A DNA stretch of 64,000 nt from a virus (IMGVR_UViG_3300021431_000075:416001-480000); one strand, 5' to 3'; shown: positions 9,929-20,245, numbered from the stretch's first letter. Notes: a model not told the origin generated them from the sequence alone. Translations and numbers: made by a program.

Positions 9929-10639
9929 ATGGTCAAAAAGAAGAATTCAAATGCACTTAAAGATTATGATTTGGCTGACATATATCTTTGGATTGTGCGA
10001 GGGCTTGACTGGAATGAGATACAGAAGTCCTATATTATAATGAATGGAATAGATGCAGATATTAACAACACGGATGATGTTCGTGACTATGATGACATCA
10101 GTGTCGAATTGATGAAAGAATTGTTTTTGTTAATCGTTCAGTCTCTTGAGACATATGACAGCGATGCAGAAAGAGTTCTAATCAATAATTCGAAGAATTT
10201 TGTTGTCATGTTCGATCTCTATGATGATAAAGATGAGATAACTTGCATATATTGTCCTGATGTGTTTCATACCAGAATCAGGATTTCTGTTCCTGATGAT
10301 ACTGTTCCTGATAGGAGAAATAAATTATTCTCTGCTATTAGAAATTCAGAGAAAAATCGTTATGCGTTGAATGTGTATAATATGTACAATGTATGCGATA
10401 AGATGAACTATTGTTATGATTCTCGCGATGATATGATTCATGGTTTGACAGATTGCATGGTCGGTGCGTTCGATGCATCCAAAGAAAGCGAATATGGCGG
10501 TTTTTGCGCAAGTGGAAGATTCATTGTCAGATATGATAAGATTGAGGATATGTTTGATATCATATTCACGATTGAAGAAGAAACGACTCCGTTGACAGTG
10601 TCATCAAGTGCGACTATCAATTTGCAATTATTAAATTAA
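9929..10639 (+). CDS. Hypothetical protein
   Basis: ORF in operon; ATG at 9929 chosen. Confidence 0.6.
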   Translation: MVKKKNSNALKDYDLADIYLWIVRGLDWNEIQKSYIIMNGIDADINNTDDVRDYDDISVELMKELFLLIVQSLETYDSDAERVLINNSKNFVVMFDLYDDKDEITCIYCPDVFHTRIRISVPDDTVPDRRNKLFSAIRNSEKNRYALNVYNMYNVCDKMNYCYDSRDDMIHGLTDCMVGAFDASKESEYGGFCASGRFIVRYDKIEDMFDIIFTIEEETTPLTVSSSATINLQLLN

Positions 10640-10646
10640 GACGAAT

Positions 10647-12224
10647 ATGTTGACAATCCGCACAAGTGTTATAAGAGAGGGTTCATTCAAGGAAAAACTT
10701 CTTAAGATCTTTGGATTTTTCATAAATCCTTCTCATAAGTCAAGTTTGCTAAACAAGCTGAAAGAAAAGAACAAGGAACTTTATAAAAGGTGTGCATATG
10801 GTGCCTTGGATAATGTTTCTTATCTTGACTATAAGTATTGCTATGATTCGGACCCTGATAAGAAGTTGACCAGTTTTCCATATGTTCAAAGCGAGGAAGT
10901 TAATGTTTTGAACAGCAAGGGAGAATTTGTCAAGACGGTAATGGAGTATTTTTTCTATGAGACCGAGTTTGACGAGAGCGACGGCGGCGTACAGGTTCCA
11001 AAGAGCAAGAAATACTATCTTGTTGATCCGGAAGGAATTCATTATCTATATAATTTTCCAAAGAAGTACATGTTCGGCGGCTATAGTTTGAACAGATTTG
11101 TGAAATATGCATATATTCCAGAAATCGGTTTCTGCTATGTAAGAGATAAGCATATTGTAAAGTTATTGATTGGCAACAAGTTCAAATATAAGTTTATGGC
11201 AATCACTAACAAGTGGTTGTATTTCATCTACAGAATCAGGAAGTGTATAGAGAATGCATTGCGTTCCATCATCAATTTCAACTATAAATTCTTGCATACG
11301 ATAGATTCTATCATATTGTGCATAAGGTTTCCGTTCTTGTATCCGAGAAACAGGTTCACCGGACTTCATTATAATAATTGGAAGATGCTTGATAAGATAA
11401 AGGAGTTGAGAAAAGAGAGTGTTGTATCTTTCAATGTATCTGAGACTATAGAGCCTTATGAGATTCAAGGTTATCTGTCCGGCATAGAAGTCCAGAAGAA
11501 ACTCGATGATGAATACGAGAAGATGTTTGACGGCATCAGGCATGATGACCAATATGTGTATTATTTCATTGATGGCGATGGCAATGAAATCCCTGTCATG
11601 AGAACATATAAGAACATCAAGTACAGGTTCAAGATTCTTGACAAGAACGAGCAGCCGAGAATGCTTGTGTGGACTGAAATCAATGGCGGAATATGGATTG
11701 ACATTACGGACGAGAAGCCGTTATTTAAATCAAAAGATGGTGAACCAAAAGAGTCAAGTTATTATAGGGTTGTCATTAACAAGAAACTTTCAAGGAAAGC
11801 GGACAGGATTGAATGGTTCCACAAGTATGTTCTGAACACGATTTTCTCGATTCCGAAGTATAACGAACTTGACGCGATGGAAGAAGGATGGAGACGCAGG
11901 TTCGGAATGGACATGATGAAAGAACTCAGGAAGCAACTCTCCAAAGAGAACTATTTGTACAAGTTCAGGATTACGCAAATCAAGGAGAAGTTCGGCGGAC
12001 TTCGTTTCTATGTGGAATGTGCGTCAAAGGAAGTGTATAGCATTATCGATAAGTACGGGAGCATGTCATTTGGCATATGCATAAATTGTGGAAAAGATGC
12101 GAAGTACAAGACGACCGGTTGGGTTCTACCGTACTGCGAGGAGTGCATAAAAGAACACAATGCCGGTAGTTATGTTCCGATTGATGAAGATGAACCTGAA
12201 TGTGATGAAGAAGATGGCGAATAA
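10647..12224 (+). CDS. Hypothetical phage protein with C-terminal QIKEKFGGLRFY and CxxC..CxxC domain
   Basis: Motif common in uncharacterised phage proteins; Zn-ribbon cysteines. Confidence 0.65.
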   Translation: MLTIRTSVIREGSFKEKLLKIFGFFINPSHKSSLLNKLKEKNKELYKRCAYGALDNVSYLDYKYCYDSDPDKKLTSFPYVQSEEVNVLNSKGEFVKTVMEYFFYETEFDESDGGVQVPKSKKYYLVDPEGIHYLYNFPKKYMFGGYSLNRFVKYAYIPEIGFCYVRDKHIVKLLIGNKFKYKFMAITNKWLYFIYRIRKCIENALRSIINFNYKFLHTIDSIILCIRFPFLYPRNRFTGLHYNNWKMLDKIKELRKESVVSFNVSETIEPYEIQGYLSGIEVQKKLDDEYEKMFDGIRHDDQYVYYFIDGDGNEIPVMRTYKNIKYRFKILDKNEQPRMLVWTEINGGIWIDITDEKPLFKSKDGEPKESSYYRVVINKKLSRKADRIEWFHKYVLNTIFSIPKYNELDAMEEGWRRRFGMDMMKELRKQLSKENYLYKFRITQIKEKFGGLRFYVECASKEVYSIIDKYGSMSFGICINCGKDAKYKTTGWVLPYCEECIKEHNAGSYVPIDEDEPECDEEDGE

Positions 12225-12226
12225 GA

Positions 12227-12264
12227 AAGAGAGCCGTTCTGCAAGGTTGCAGGACGGCTCTCTT
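12227..12264. terminator. Terminator hairpin between convergent genes
   Basis: AAGAGAGCCGTTCTGCAA-GG-TTGCAGGACGGCTCTCTT. Confidence 0.75.
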
Positions 12265-12267
12265 CGT

Positions 12268-14193
12268 CTATATGTATGAGATGATGTTTCCTTTATTGTC
12301 GATTTCGAATGACTGGTTGTCTAATACGACCTCCGCTGTTCCTCTTTCGTTGAACTCATAGCAGTAGTCCATGTCGTTTTTCAGCAGAAAGTTTCCGTCA
12401 ATGTCTATGTAGTTCCATTTCTTGTTGCTTTTTTTCTGTACGTTTATGAAACCGTTCCTTAATATTCCCAAGTTTTGAAACCATTCTTCTGACATCAACG
12501 AACCGTCTGATTTCAAGATATTCGAACTGTTTGATTTGAACACGGATGCGATTCCGTCTTTCGAGAACTCGGAAACGGAGTCGAAGTATTCATTGGAAAT
12601 CAGATTGCCTTGAGTGTCTATGAATGCATATTTATAATATGTTTTTAAATACACTTTCGCAAAACCGTTCACAAAAGGCCAGCAACTGTTGAAATCATTG
12701 TTTAAGCTTTTTGAATCATCTAATGGATACAGGAAAGTGCCATCCTGTTTTATGTAATTGAATGTCCCATTATTAAAACGGACATGCGCGAAACCGCAAC
12801 TGAATGAACTTGCGGTTTGGAACCATTCGTTGTTATCATATAGCAGTTTTCCATCTTTTCCTATGAAGTTGTATCCGTTTGATATGCTATGCCTGTTTGT
12901 TCTGCAAACAAGCCCGAATCCTTCATGGAATGGCTTGCAATCTATCAGTGCCAAGTTGTTATTTATCAAGAAAGTGCCATCTGACTTGATGTACGAGTGA
13001 TACTGGTTCCTGAGCATGACAGATGCTATATCTTCTGAGAAGTCATCAAGTCTATAGATTGTTTCTGGAAGTTGTGTATATTTTCCAGTAGTGTCGATGA
13101 AGCCGATTTCACTGCCATACTTCTTAAACACTGTTGCATAACCGTTCTTGAATTCGAATGCGGAGTTGAAATATTCTGTACATAAGAGTTTTCCGGTTTT
13201 CAGGTTCAGATAGTTTTTCTTATTTTCATCATCTTGGTCTGCCACGACCATGAACCCCTCTGATATTTTATCATGTTCACAAGCAGAGAAAGTTTTTTCT
13301 GTTATAGGTTTTCCGGAAGTGTCTATGACTATATTTCTGTTATATGTGTCTGATATTACAGCGATTCCGTTATTGAAGTATGTAGCGTCTGTGTACCACT
13401 TGTCAAGTAGGTAGTTTCCGCTTGTGTCGATGTAGTTGTATTTTCCCAAGCGTCCGACAAGCGAGTAACCGCTTGACGTGAAGTTTATTAAACCGTTGTT
13501 GAACTTGTCTTTTGTGAGGAAACTTCCGTCTTTCTTGACGATTCTTTCTGTAAACATATTATTGAACTCGTCATCGGAAGTTTCTTTTGAGTACAACGAA
13601 TAAAGCGGTGTGCTCTTGTTCAGGCAGAATAGCAGGTTGTACTTGATGAGGGAATGAAGCATGGATTTGAGAATGTCTTCATTTGAAACCGAATAGTCGT
13701 AGTTGCTGTAGAAATTATAGAATTCATCATTCAGTTCAAGCGAGTGCGACATTTCTTGATGCTTTGCTGTGCGGTGAAGATAGCAGACTATCTTTCCGGT
13801 ATCGTTTGTTATTATAAACTTGGATACTGCTGTCTTTTTAATGATTGCACGGATTGTCTTGACCAGTGTGTCATTCAGATTGTCGATGCCATATGTTGAT
13901 GATGTGAAAGATAATCCGACGCTTTTGCTGTTTTCCGTTACATTGATTTCCGGTTTGACGAATGCTTCTATTCGATTGCATTCTTGCTCGTTCGATAGAA
14001 CCGAGTTGATTTTTTCTGTGATAGATGTCATGATACTCCAGACGCTTACCGTATTCGACGTGAATTCAATCTGTATGTTATACGGATATGAAATTGTGTC
14101 ATCAGTAACTTCGTCCGGGTCTATGGTAGAGAGGATATTGTCACTTTCGTTTATGTATAATTCGTCGTTTATCAACATATTGTATAATGGCAT
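12268..14193 (-). CDS. WG (KWG-like) beta-repeat protein
   Basis: About 10 repeats of F.NG.A.V...(YN/FI)D..G; ATAAATA on - strand at 14210-14216. Confidence 0.8.
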   Translation of the reverse strand: MPLYNMLINDELYINESDNILSTIDPDEVTDDTISYPYNIQIEFTSNTVSVWSIMTSITEKINSVLSNEQECNRIEAFVKPEINVTENSKSVGLSFTSSTYGIDNLNDTLVKTIRAIIKKTAVSKFIITNDTGKIVCYLHRTAKHQEMSHSLELNDEFYNFYSNYDYSVSNEDILKSMLHSLIKYNLLFCLNKSTPLYSLYSKETSDDEFNNMFTERIVKKDGSFLTKDKFNNGLINFTSSGYSLVGRLGKYNYIDTSGNYLLDKWYTDATYFNNGIAVISDTYNRNIVIDTSGKPITEKTFSACEHDKISEGFMVVADQDDENKKNYLNLKTGKLLCTEYFNSAFEFKNGYATVFKKYGSEIGFIDTTGKYTQLPETIYRLDDFSEDIASVMLRNQYHSYIKSDGTFLINNNLALIDCKPFHEGFGLVCRTNRHSISNGYNFIGKDGKLLYDNNEWFQTASSFSCGFAHVRFNNGTFNYIKQDGTFLYPLDDSKSLNNDFNSCWPFVNGFAKVYLKTYYKYAFIDTQGNLISNEYFDSVSEFSKDGIASVFKSNSSNILKSDGSLMSEEWFQNLGILRNGFINVQKKSNKKWNYIDIDGNFLLKNDMDYCYEFNERGTAEVVLDNQSFEIDNKGNIISYI

Positions 14194-14284
14194 ATGAACT
14201 ATTATACGGTATTTATTTTCATCTTTATAAATATATCAAAATGATTTTGCAAAGATAGCAAAATTAAATTATTCATACAAGATA

Positions 14285-14854
14285 ATGAGTCTGAATAGCG
14301 ATTATAAGAAGAAGCACAAGCCGCTGAAAGAAGGTGTCGGAAGATATCACCAGGGTTACTATGTGCCGAAGTTGCATCCGGAGAAATGCGTTACGTTGGG
14401 AGAGAACGTGTATAGAAGCGATTGGGAACGCAGGCTGATGGACTGGTTTGACAGGTCGCCGAGCGTGGTGCGCTGGGGTTCGGAGCCTATTTCGGTGCCG
14501 TACTTGAATCCTATCGCAAATTTCAACTATTGTGTGAGCCACGGTTTGGATCCGAAGAATCCGAGATACTGGAAGAAGATGAATTATAACATCGACTTCT
14601 GGGCAGAGATGATAGACACGAACAATGTAGTGACGAAGTATTTCATAGAAGTGAAGCCGTATGCGCAGACGATAGAGCCGAAGCCGCCAAAGGATGGCGC
14701 GAAAGTTGCTGACTATAAGAAGTACAACGAGCAGATGAAGACGTATCTTGTCAATCAGCAGAAATGGCTTGCTATGGAACAGTTCTGTGAAGAACATGGA
14801 TGCAAGTTTATGAAAGTGACAGAGCATACGTTGAAGAAACTCGGTCTTTTGTAG
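14285..14854 (+). CDS. T4 gp4-like head completion nuclease (TnsA N-terminal fold)
   Basis: YRSDWE, WGSE, DFW, EVKP, KW...F...TE; TATAAATA at 14226-14233. Confidence 0.8.
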   Translation: MSLNSDYKKKHKPLKEGVGRYHQGYYVPKLHPEKCVTLGENVYRSDWERRLMDWFDRSPSVVRWGSEPISVPYLNPIANFNYCVSHGLDPKNPRYWKKMNYNIDFWAEMIDTNNVVTKYFIEVKPYAQTIEPKPPKDGAKVADYKKYNEQMKTYLVNQQKWLAMEQFCEEHGCKFMKVTEHTLKKLGLL

Positions 14855-14892
14855 TTAAAAAAATAAATACAATAAATTACAATTTTGTGTTG

Positions 14893-17568
14893 ATGAAAAT
14901 AGATATAGGTCTCGAAAGAGAAGTAGATTCAATCATAAGAAAGCATATAGATGAATATATGCAGTCAAACAATGATGATATGTTTTTAAATGAAGCCGAT
15001 TTGTTTTTTGACAGAAACGTGCAACTGATGAGTCCTTTCGACCCTGATGGAAGCAGATATTCATGGGGAGGAGGTTCTTCAGCCCGTGGTAGTAAATTTT
15101 ATGAAGAGTTAAGATTAGCAAAAGAAGAACGTGAAGTTGACTTCATATATGGAAAGTATCTTCAGAAGTTCTTCAAAGAGCAGATAACTCATCCGTTTAA
15201 GTGTGACGGTCTCATCAACACAGAAACAGCATCTGGAAAGAAGTTAAAGATCATATTCGAGTACAAGTATGATTTAGATTTTAAGAAGAAGAAAGATATT
15301 GCAGAAGTACTTGTACAAGTTGTTTATTACTTAAAGAAATTCGAGAACAACGGTCAGCCGTTACCTAATATTTGTTTTATTGGTGATATAAACGAGTGCT
15401 TTGTTATGCACACTGATGTGCTTAACAAGTACCTCGATGAACCGGTTGATTGGAATTCTGCCCCATCACATGCAAAGTTCACGAATGGCACGCTTGTTAG
15501 CAAGATTGCAGCAGACAAAGATATCAATCCGTTTGTATTCTGGATTGACGAGAAGTTCAAGTTGTCTGATGTTATTGACTGTGTTTCTGATTTGGCAGAG
15601 AACGTTCAGAGACATATTCATATTACTTCTCACAATATCGGTTCCATTTATGAGTATTTCTGTGATAGAGTTCTTATAGACAAGAACAAGATTTCTACGA
15701 AAGATTCTGTTGCTATTTTTATCGGTGTCTTAACAGACAAGGAAGAGTATTATATGCATCCAAGAAAGAAGAATACTCTTGTTGCGGCTCCGTTGAATAT
15801 GGAAGTTGGTGTCAAGAACGATGCTTTGGATGCATTCTTCAGTTACTTTACAGAGAACTATTCAGTTGCAGAGAGACGAGTATTCAGCGGAATTGCTGAT
15901 AGATTGATTGAAGATGCAGATAGAAGAAAGAGCGGTGATTTCTGGACTCCGACAAAGTGGGTTGACTATGCACATCAGAGAATCAGCGAAGTTGTTGGTG
16001 ATAACTGGAAGAATGAGTTTGTTGTCTGGGATAACTGTGCTGGAACATGTAACTTGACAAGAGACTATAAGTTCAAGGAATTGTATATTTCGACTTTGTT
16101 TGACAGCGAACTGCAGATGGGAAAGAAGTTCAACAGAGAAGCAGTGCATTTCCAGTTTGATTTCTTGAATGACTTTATTCCGATGCCGGGAGAACTTGTC
16201 AAGAGTGATTGCAAGTTGCCTGATGGTTTGCTGGATGCTTTTGAACAGAACAAGAAGATTATGTTCTTGATAAATCCGCCATATGCATCGGGTGTTGATA
16301 GTGCTCGTGGACAAGAAACTAAAACCGGAACAGCAATCAATGCAACAAATAGAAATATGATTGCGGATGGCTATGGAAAATCTGCACAGAATCTTTATAC
16401 ACAGTTTTTATATAGAATTGAAAAGATTAAACAAGAATACGATTTAACAAATTTGTATATTTGTATATTTTGTCCAACGTTGTTTATGACTGGTGGTTCT
16501 TTTGATAAATTTAGAAAATTCTTTTTTAATGATTTTGATTATGTTAGTGGATTTCAGTTTCAAGCCAGTCAATTTGCTGACGTTGCATCAAATTGGGGAA
16601 TTGGTTTTACGATTTGGAAATCTGGAAAAACATTAGATAAAGAGAACTTCGAACTTGATATTTGTGATGTTGATAAAAGTAGTTATACAGGAGATGTTGA
16701 AATAAAAGACCAGAAATGTTTGTATAATCTTGATTATTCACAGACGTTAAGAGAATGGACAATCGAACCAGTGAAGAAATTGAAAACATTTGATATGCCA
16801 AATGTTTCAAGCGGAATAACAGTTAAAGATTCTGTAAATAATCGTGGAAGAAATTTCAAAGGTGCATTTGGTTATTTTCTTTCTAATTCAAATAATATAG
16901 AAAAAAATGCTCAGAGTGTAAGTTTGTTTACTACACCAGTTTCAATGGGTTCTGGTTTTGGCATCAACAAAGACAATTTTGATAGAGTAGTTGTGTCATT
17001 CTCTGCAAGAAGACTTATTATAGCAGATTGGACAAATTGGACTGATGAATATCTTGCTCCGGATGAATCCCATCCGGATTATAAAGAGTTTGTGAATGAT
17101 TCGGTTGTATTCTCATTATTTGAATCCAAGTCAAACCAATCATCTCTCCGTTCTGTCGAATATAAAGACAAGTCTTGGGATATCAAGAACGAATTCTTCT
17201 GGCTTTCTACAAGCGCTATGCAGAAACTTGCAGAGAATTTTGACAATGATGATTGCTATGATGACGCATTGACATCAGATGAAAGATTCGTTTATAAGTA
17301 TCTTCAAAACATAACTCTGTCAAAAGAAGCGCAAGCAGTTCTTGACTATGCAACAAAACTTGTCTATCAGTCGTTCGAGTTCAGACAGATGTTCGATGAT
17401 GACTATCCAGATTATCAAATCAATAACTGGGACTGTGGTTACTATCAACTCAAGGCTCTCTGGAAGGCATATATGCCGGAAGAACTTGCAAAGTTCAGAA
17501 CTTTGTTCAACAATCTTGCAAATAAGATGAGACCTATGGTATATGAACTCGGTTTCTTGAAGAAGTAA
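14893..17568 (+). CDS. Type IIG-like restriction-modification fusion (PD-(D/E)xK nuclease + amino-methyltransferase + TRD)
   Basis: CDGLI...FEYK...QVVYY nuclease motifs; GDFWTP, WDNCAGTCNL (motif I), NPPY (motif IV); start ATG 14893. Confidence 0.75.
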   Translation: MKIDIGLEREVDSIIRKHIDEYMQSNNDDMFLNEADLFFDRNVQLMSPFDPDGSRYSWGGGSSARGSKFYEELRLAKEEREVDFIYGKYLQKFFKEQITHPFKCDGLINTETASGKKLKIIFEYKYDLDFKKKKDIAEVLVQVVYYLKKFENNGQPLPNICFIGDINECFVMHTDVLNKYLDEPVDWNSAPSHAKFTNGTLVSKIAADKDINPFVFWIDEKFKLSDVIDCVSDLAENVQRHIHITSHNIGSIYEYFCDRVLIDKNKISTKDSVAIFIGVLTDKEEYYMHPRKKNTLVAAPLNMEVGVKNDALDAFFSYFTENYSVAERRVFSGIADRLIEDADRRKSGDFWTPTKWVDYAHQRISEVVGDNWKNEFVVWDNCAGTCNLTRDYKFKELYISTLFDSELQMGKKFNREAVHFQFDFLNDFIPMPGELVKSDCKLPDGLLDAFEQNKKIMFLINPPYASGVDSARGQETKTGTAINATNRNMIADGYGKSAQNLYTQFLYRIEKIKQEYDLTNLYICIFCPTLFMTGGSFDKFRKFFFNDFDYVSGFQFQASQFADVASNWGIGFTIWKSGKTLDKENFELDICDVDKSSYTGDVEIKDQKCLYNLDYSQTLREWTIEPVKKLKTFDMPNVSSGITVKDSVNNRGRNFKGAFGYFLSNSNNIEKNAQSVSLFTTPVSMGSGFGINKDNFDRVVVSFSARRLIIADWTNWTDEYLAPDESHPDYKEFVNDSVVFSLFESKSNQSSLRSVEYKDKSWDIKNEFFWLSTSAMQKLAENFDNDDCYDDALTSDERFVYKYLQNITLSKEAQAVLDYATKLVYQSFEFRQMFDDDYPDYQINNWDCGYYQLKALWKAYMPEELAKFRTLFNNLANKMRPMVYELGFLKK

Positions 17569-17589
17569 CAAATACAATCATTTTCAAAT

Positions 17590-17625
17590 AAAATCTACTC
17601 TTTCTGTCAAGAGTAGATTTTTTTT
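17590..17625 (+). terminator. Intrinsic terminator
   Basis: AAAATCTACTCTT...AAGAGTAGATTTTTTTT. Confidence 0.7.
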
Positions 17626-17716
17626 GTTTTTATGTTCATTTGACAAAACAAAGATGATTGATTTAGTCTTTGTTTGTTAAATAATGTTAAAAATGATTAT
17701 TTTTCTTTTTATTTTC

Positions 17717-17747
17717 TTTGCTGTGTATAAAATGTTGTGTATATTTG
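17717..17747 (+). promoter_or_regulatory. Bacteroidota sigmaA promoter (-33 TTTG / -7 TAnnTTTG)
   Basis: TTTG-19 nt-TATATTTG upstream of ATG 17788. Confidence 0.7.
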
Positions 17748-17787
17748 CATCAAACATTCAAAGTCAATAACGTAAAGCAACAAAATT

Positions 17788-18633
17788 ATGGCACAGACAA
17801 TTTTATATGACGCTTCGATGGGTTTCTTCCTATTCTTCAGAGGCGGTTATGACAAAGAAACGAAGAAAGGTCTCGACCCTTATGAGTTTGATGTAGATCC
17901 GATTTCTACATACAAAGGATATGCGCCATCGTATCCAGTAAAGCAGGGTTACATGATTCATGCAAATACATCAGATGAAAGATTTAGAGTTGGCAAGTTC
18001 TTCTTCGGAGAGTCGTTTGAACTTGAATCCCGTCAAGATTATGTTGCATCTGGTGATTATATGTTATGTTTTGACAAGAATCTCAGAACTGTTTTCTATA
18101 AGAAAGGTGATTCTGCACCAGAACGAGTCACGAAATATTGCAAGACGCGCAACAAGTTCTATAAAGAGTGGATCAAACCATTTTGTGAGTATCAGCCGGA
18201 GTTCATTCCTCCATGTGATATAACAGGTTATTCATTCAAGAAAGGACAGCAATATCTTGTATGTTCGGGTTCTTCATTCAATTATTATGAAATATTGCCG
18301 GAGATTGCACGTCTGGAAAGTTTCAAAGAGGTTCAATTCAGGCCGGAAATCAGCGAATATCTTTGGAATCTTGAGCCGATAGACCTGTCGCAATCTTGGG
18401 ACATGTCTGATGAAGAAAAAGCAGAGTTTGAGCGTAAGTTCGCTGCAATAGATGAAGAACGTAGAAAAGCTGCTGAAGAACTTGAAGAAAGAAAAGCAAC
18501 TCCAGGGTTCTGTGATGTTTGCGGAGAACCGGCAGAATATGTAGAAGATCCATACTACTACGAAATGTACGGAAAGCGTTGTATGCGCTGGTTATGCCCG
18601 GCTTGCTATCGTGATTCTTGTAATGACGTTTAA
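17788..18633 (+). CDS. Hypothetical early protein with C-terminal Zn finger
   Basis: CDVCG...LCPAC; own host-type promoter and terminator. Confidence 0.65.
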   Translation: MAQTILYDASMGFFLFFRGGYDKETKKGLDPYEFDVDPISTYKGYAPSYPVKQGYMIHANTSDERFRVGKFFFGESFELESRQDYVASGDYMLCFDKNLRTVFYKKGDSAPERVTKYCKTRNKFYKEWIKPFCEYQPEFIPPCDITGYSFKKGQQYLVCSGSSFNYYEILPEIARLESFKEVQFRPEISEYLWNLEPIDLSQSWDMSDEEKAEFERKFAAIDEERRKAAEELEERKATPGFCDVCGEPAEYVEDPYYYEMYGKRCMRWLCPACYRDSCNDV

Positions 18634-18725
18634 CTAAAAAATATTTTAATAAAATTCTACTCTTTTTTAAACTATTTGTTTAATCGAGAGTAGAATTTTT
18701 TGCATTTAAATATGCACATTCAATA

Positions 18726-18971
18726 ATGAAGACAACTATTCAATTGGACATAGAGATTTCAGATGCATTTCTTGACAAGTGGAATACAGGAATGCTCGGT
18801 TTCTTTATGGACTCTTGCAATAATGATGATGAGGCATTGAAGAAAGTTAAAGAGAACTCATATGAGAATACTCTTGCATCTTGGATAGAAAGACAGATTA
18901 CCGACTATCACCAAAACTCAATAACAAGTTGCAAGGCTTCAATCATTAAAACAGACACTGACAGCGAATGA
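18726..18971 (+). CDS. Hypothetical protein
   Basis: 81-aa ORF; ATGA overlap with next gene. Confidence 0.6.
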   Translation: MKTTIQLDIEISDAFLDKWNTGMLGFFMDSCNNDDEALKKVKENSYENTLASWIERQITDYHQNSITSCKASIIKTDTDSE

Positions 18972-19942
18972 GAACGATAAACTTGGCATTCGAGCATTTG
19001 TATGATGACTTTGATGTTACGAATAACATATTCACAGACTTGTTGAGCAACTATTTCAATATTTGTATTTGTTCATACAAGACAAAGAGTCCTGAAGATA
19101 TAGACTTGCTAATATATTCAAGTTTTTATACATTGGAGAACAGGAATCTCATAGAGGATCATTATGCTGATGTGAAGAAGTTGTTCATATCCGGTGAGAA
19201 CGAGAGTCCGAACTTTAACATTTGTGACTTTGCTATGACTTGCAATGATATAACGTTCGGCAATCGTCATTTCAGGTTGCCTTATTATGCAATGTCATAT
19301 TATAATAAGGAACTACCGGAACGAACATGGGATGACAGCCTGTTTGACAGGAAATTCTGTTCTTTTGTTGTTAGCAATTATAATCTTTCTAACCCGGCAA
19401 GGTTCAACGTGTTCCAGATGCTCAATAATGAGTATAGCAAGGTTGATTCAGGCGGCATGGCTTTCAACAATATCGGAACATCCGGTGTTAAAGACAAGCA
19501 CGAGTTCATTTCCCAGTACAAGTTCAACATAGCAGGAGAGAACTCGTTCGTTGATGACTATGTCACCGAGAAGATAATGGATGCGTTTGCAGCGCGCAGC
19601 ATTCCGATTTATATAGGAACTGATAAGATATTCAGGGATTTCAACAAGGAAGCGTTCATATACTTGGATAACTATGACTATGAGAATCTTCTGAACAAGG
19701 TCCGCAAGGTCAACGAGGATAAGGAACTTTACAAGCATATGATGACAGTTCCGATATTCAACAGGGACGGTGTCATGGACGAGTACATAGATGGATTGTC
19801 GGAGTATCTTTATAACATTGTAGAGAACTGGCATCCTTATGATCACAATGGCGGAAGAATATACGGACAGAGGATGATGTTTAAGTCGCTGTTTGATATT
19901 TTGCTGCAGTTCGAGAAAAGTGATTTGGTTCAATTTTCTTAA
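18968..19942 (+). CDS. Alpha-1,3/4-fucosyltransferase (GT10, Helicobacter FucT-like)
   Basis: SGENESPNFN..DFA, FCSFVVSN, VDSGG, YKFNIAGENS..DYVTEKI.DAF GT10 signature. Confidence 0.85.
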   Translation: MRTINLAFEHLYDDFDVTNNIFTDLLSNYFNICICSYKTKSPEDIDLLIYSSFYTLENRNLIEDHYADVKKLFISGENESPNFNICDFAMTCNDITFGNRHFRLPYYAMSYYNKELPERTWDDSLFDRKFCSFVVSNYNLSNPARFNVFQMLNNEYSKVDSGGMAFNNIGTSGVKDKHEFISQYKFNIAGENSFVDDYVTEKIMDAFAARSIPIYIGTDKIFRDFNKEAFIYLDNYDYENLLNKVRKVNEDKELYKHMMTVPIFNRDGVMDEYIDGLSEYLYNIVENWHPYDHNGGRIYGQRMMFKSLFDILLQFEKSDLVQFS

Positions 19943-20001
19943 TTATTGTTAAACGAATGATTTTTATTATCAGATTTCTTTTTTGGAATCGATAAAATCT
20001 A

Positions 20002-20009
20002 TATCTTTG
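20002..20009 (+). promoter_or_regulatory. Bacteroidota -7 element
   Basis: TATCTTTG(CA) 24 nt before ATG 20033. Confidence 0.55.
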
Positions 20010-20032
20010 CACATAAAATCAATAGATTTATT

Positions 20033-20245
20033 ATGATTATATCTGACGATAACCCCAAATTGTATGAAAACTTTGTTCTCAATAAGGAGAACTATGACAA
20101 GATAGCGGAGCATGTTGACGAGTTCAACAAGGATGCATATGAGAAGTTCGGAATCAAGTACGGCATCGCGATGTTCAAGGACCGCATCATTGTTGACGAT
20201 TTGTGCAAGTTGATGTGGGTTGAATTGATTGACAGTATTTTTTAA
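20033..20245 (+). CDS. Hypothetical protein
   Basis: 70-aa ORF heading the telA operon. Confidence 0.6.
   Translation: MIISDDNPKLYENFVLNKENYDKIAEHVDEFNKDAYEKFGIKYGIAMFKDRIIVDDLCKLMWVELIDSIF

Noticed and set aside
14285-14854. Tn7 TnsA transposase
   Set aside because: No tnsB/C or transposon ends; the context and late promoter fit the gp4-like nuclease
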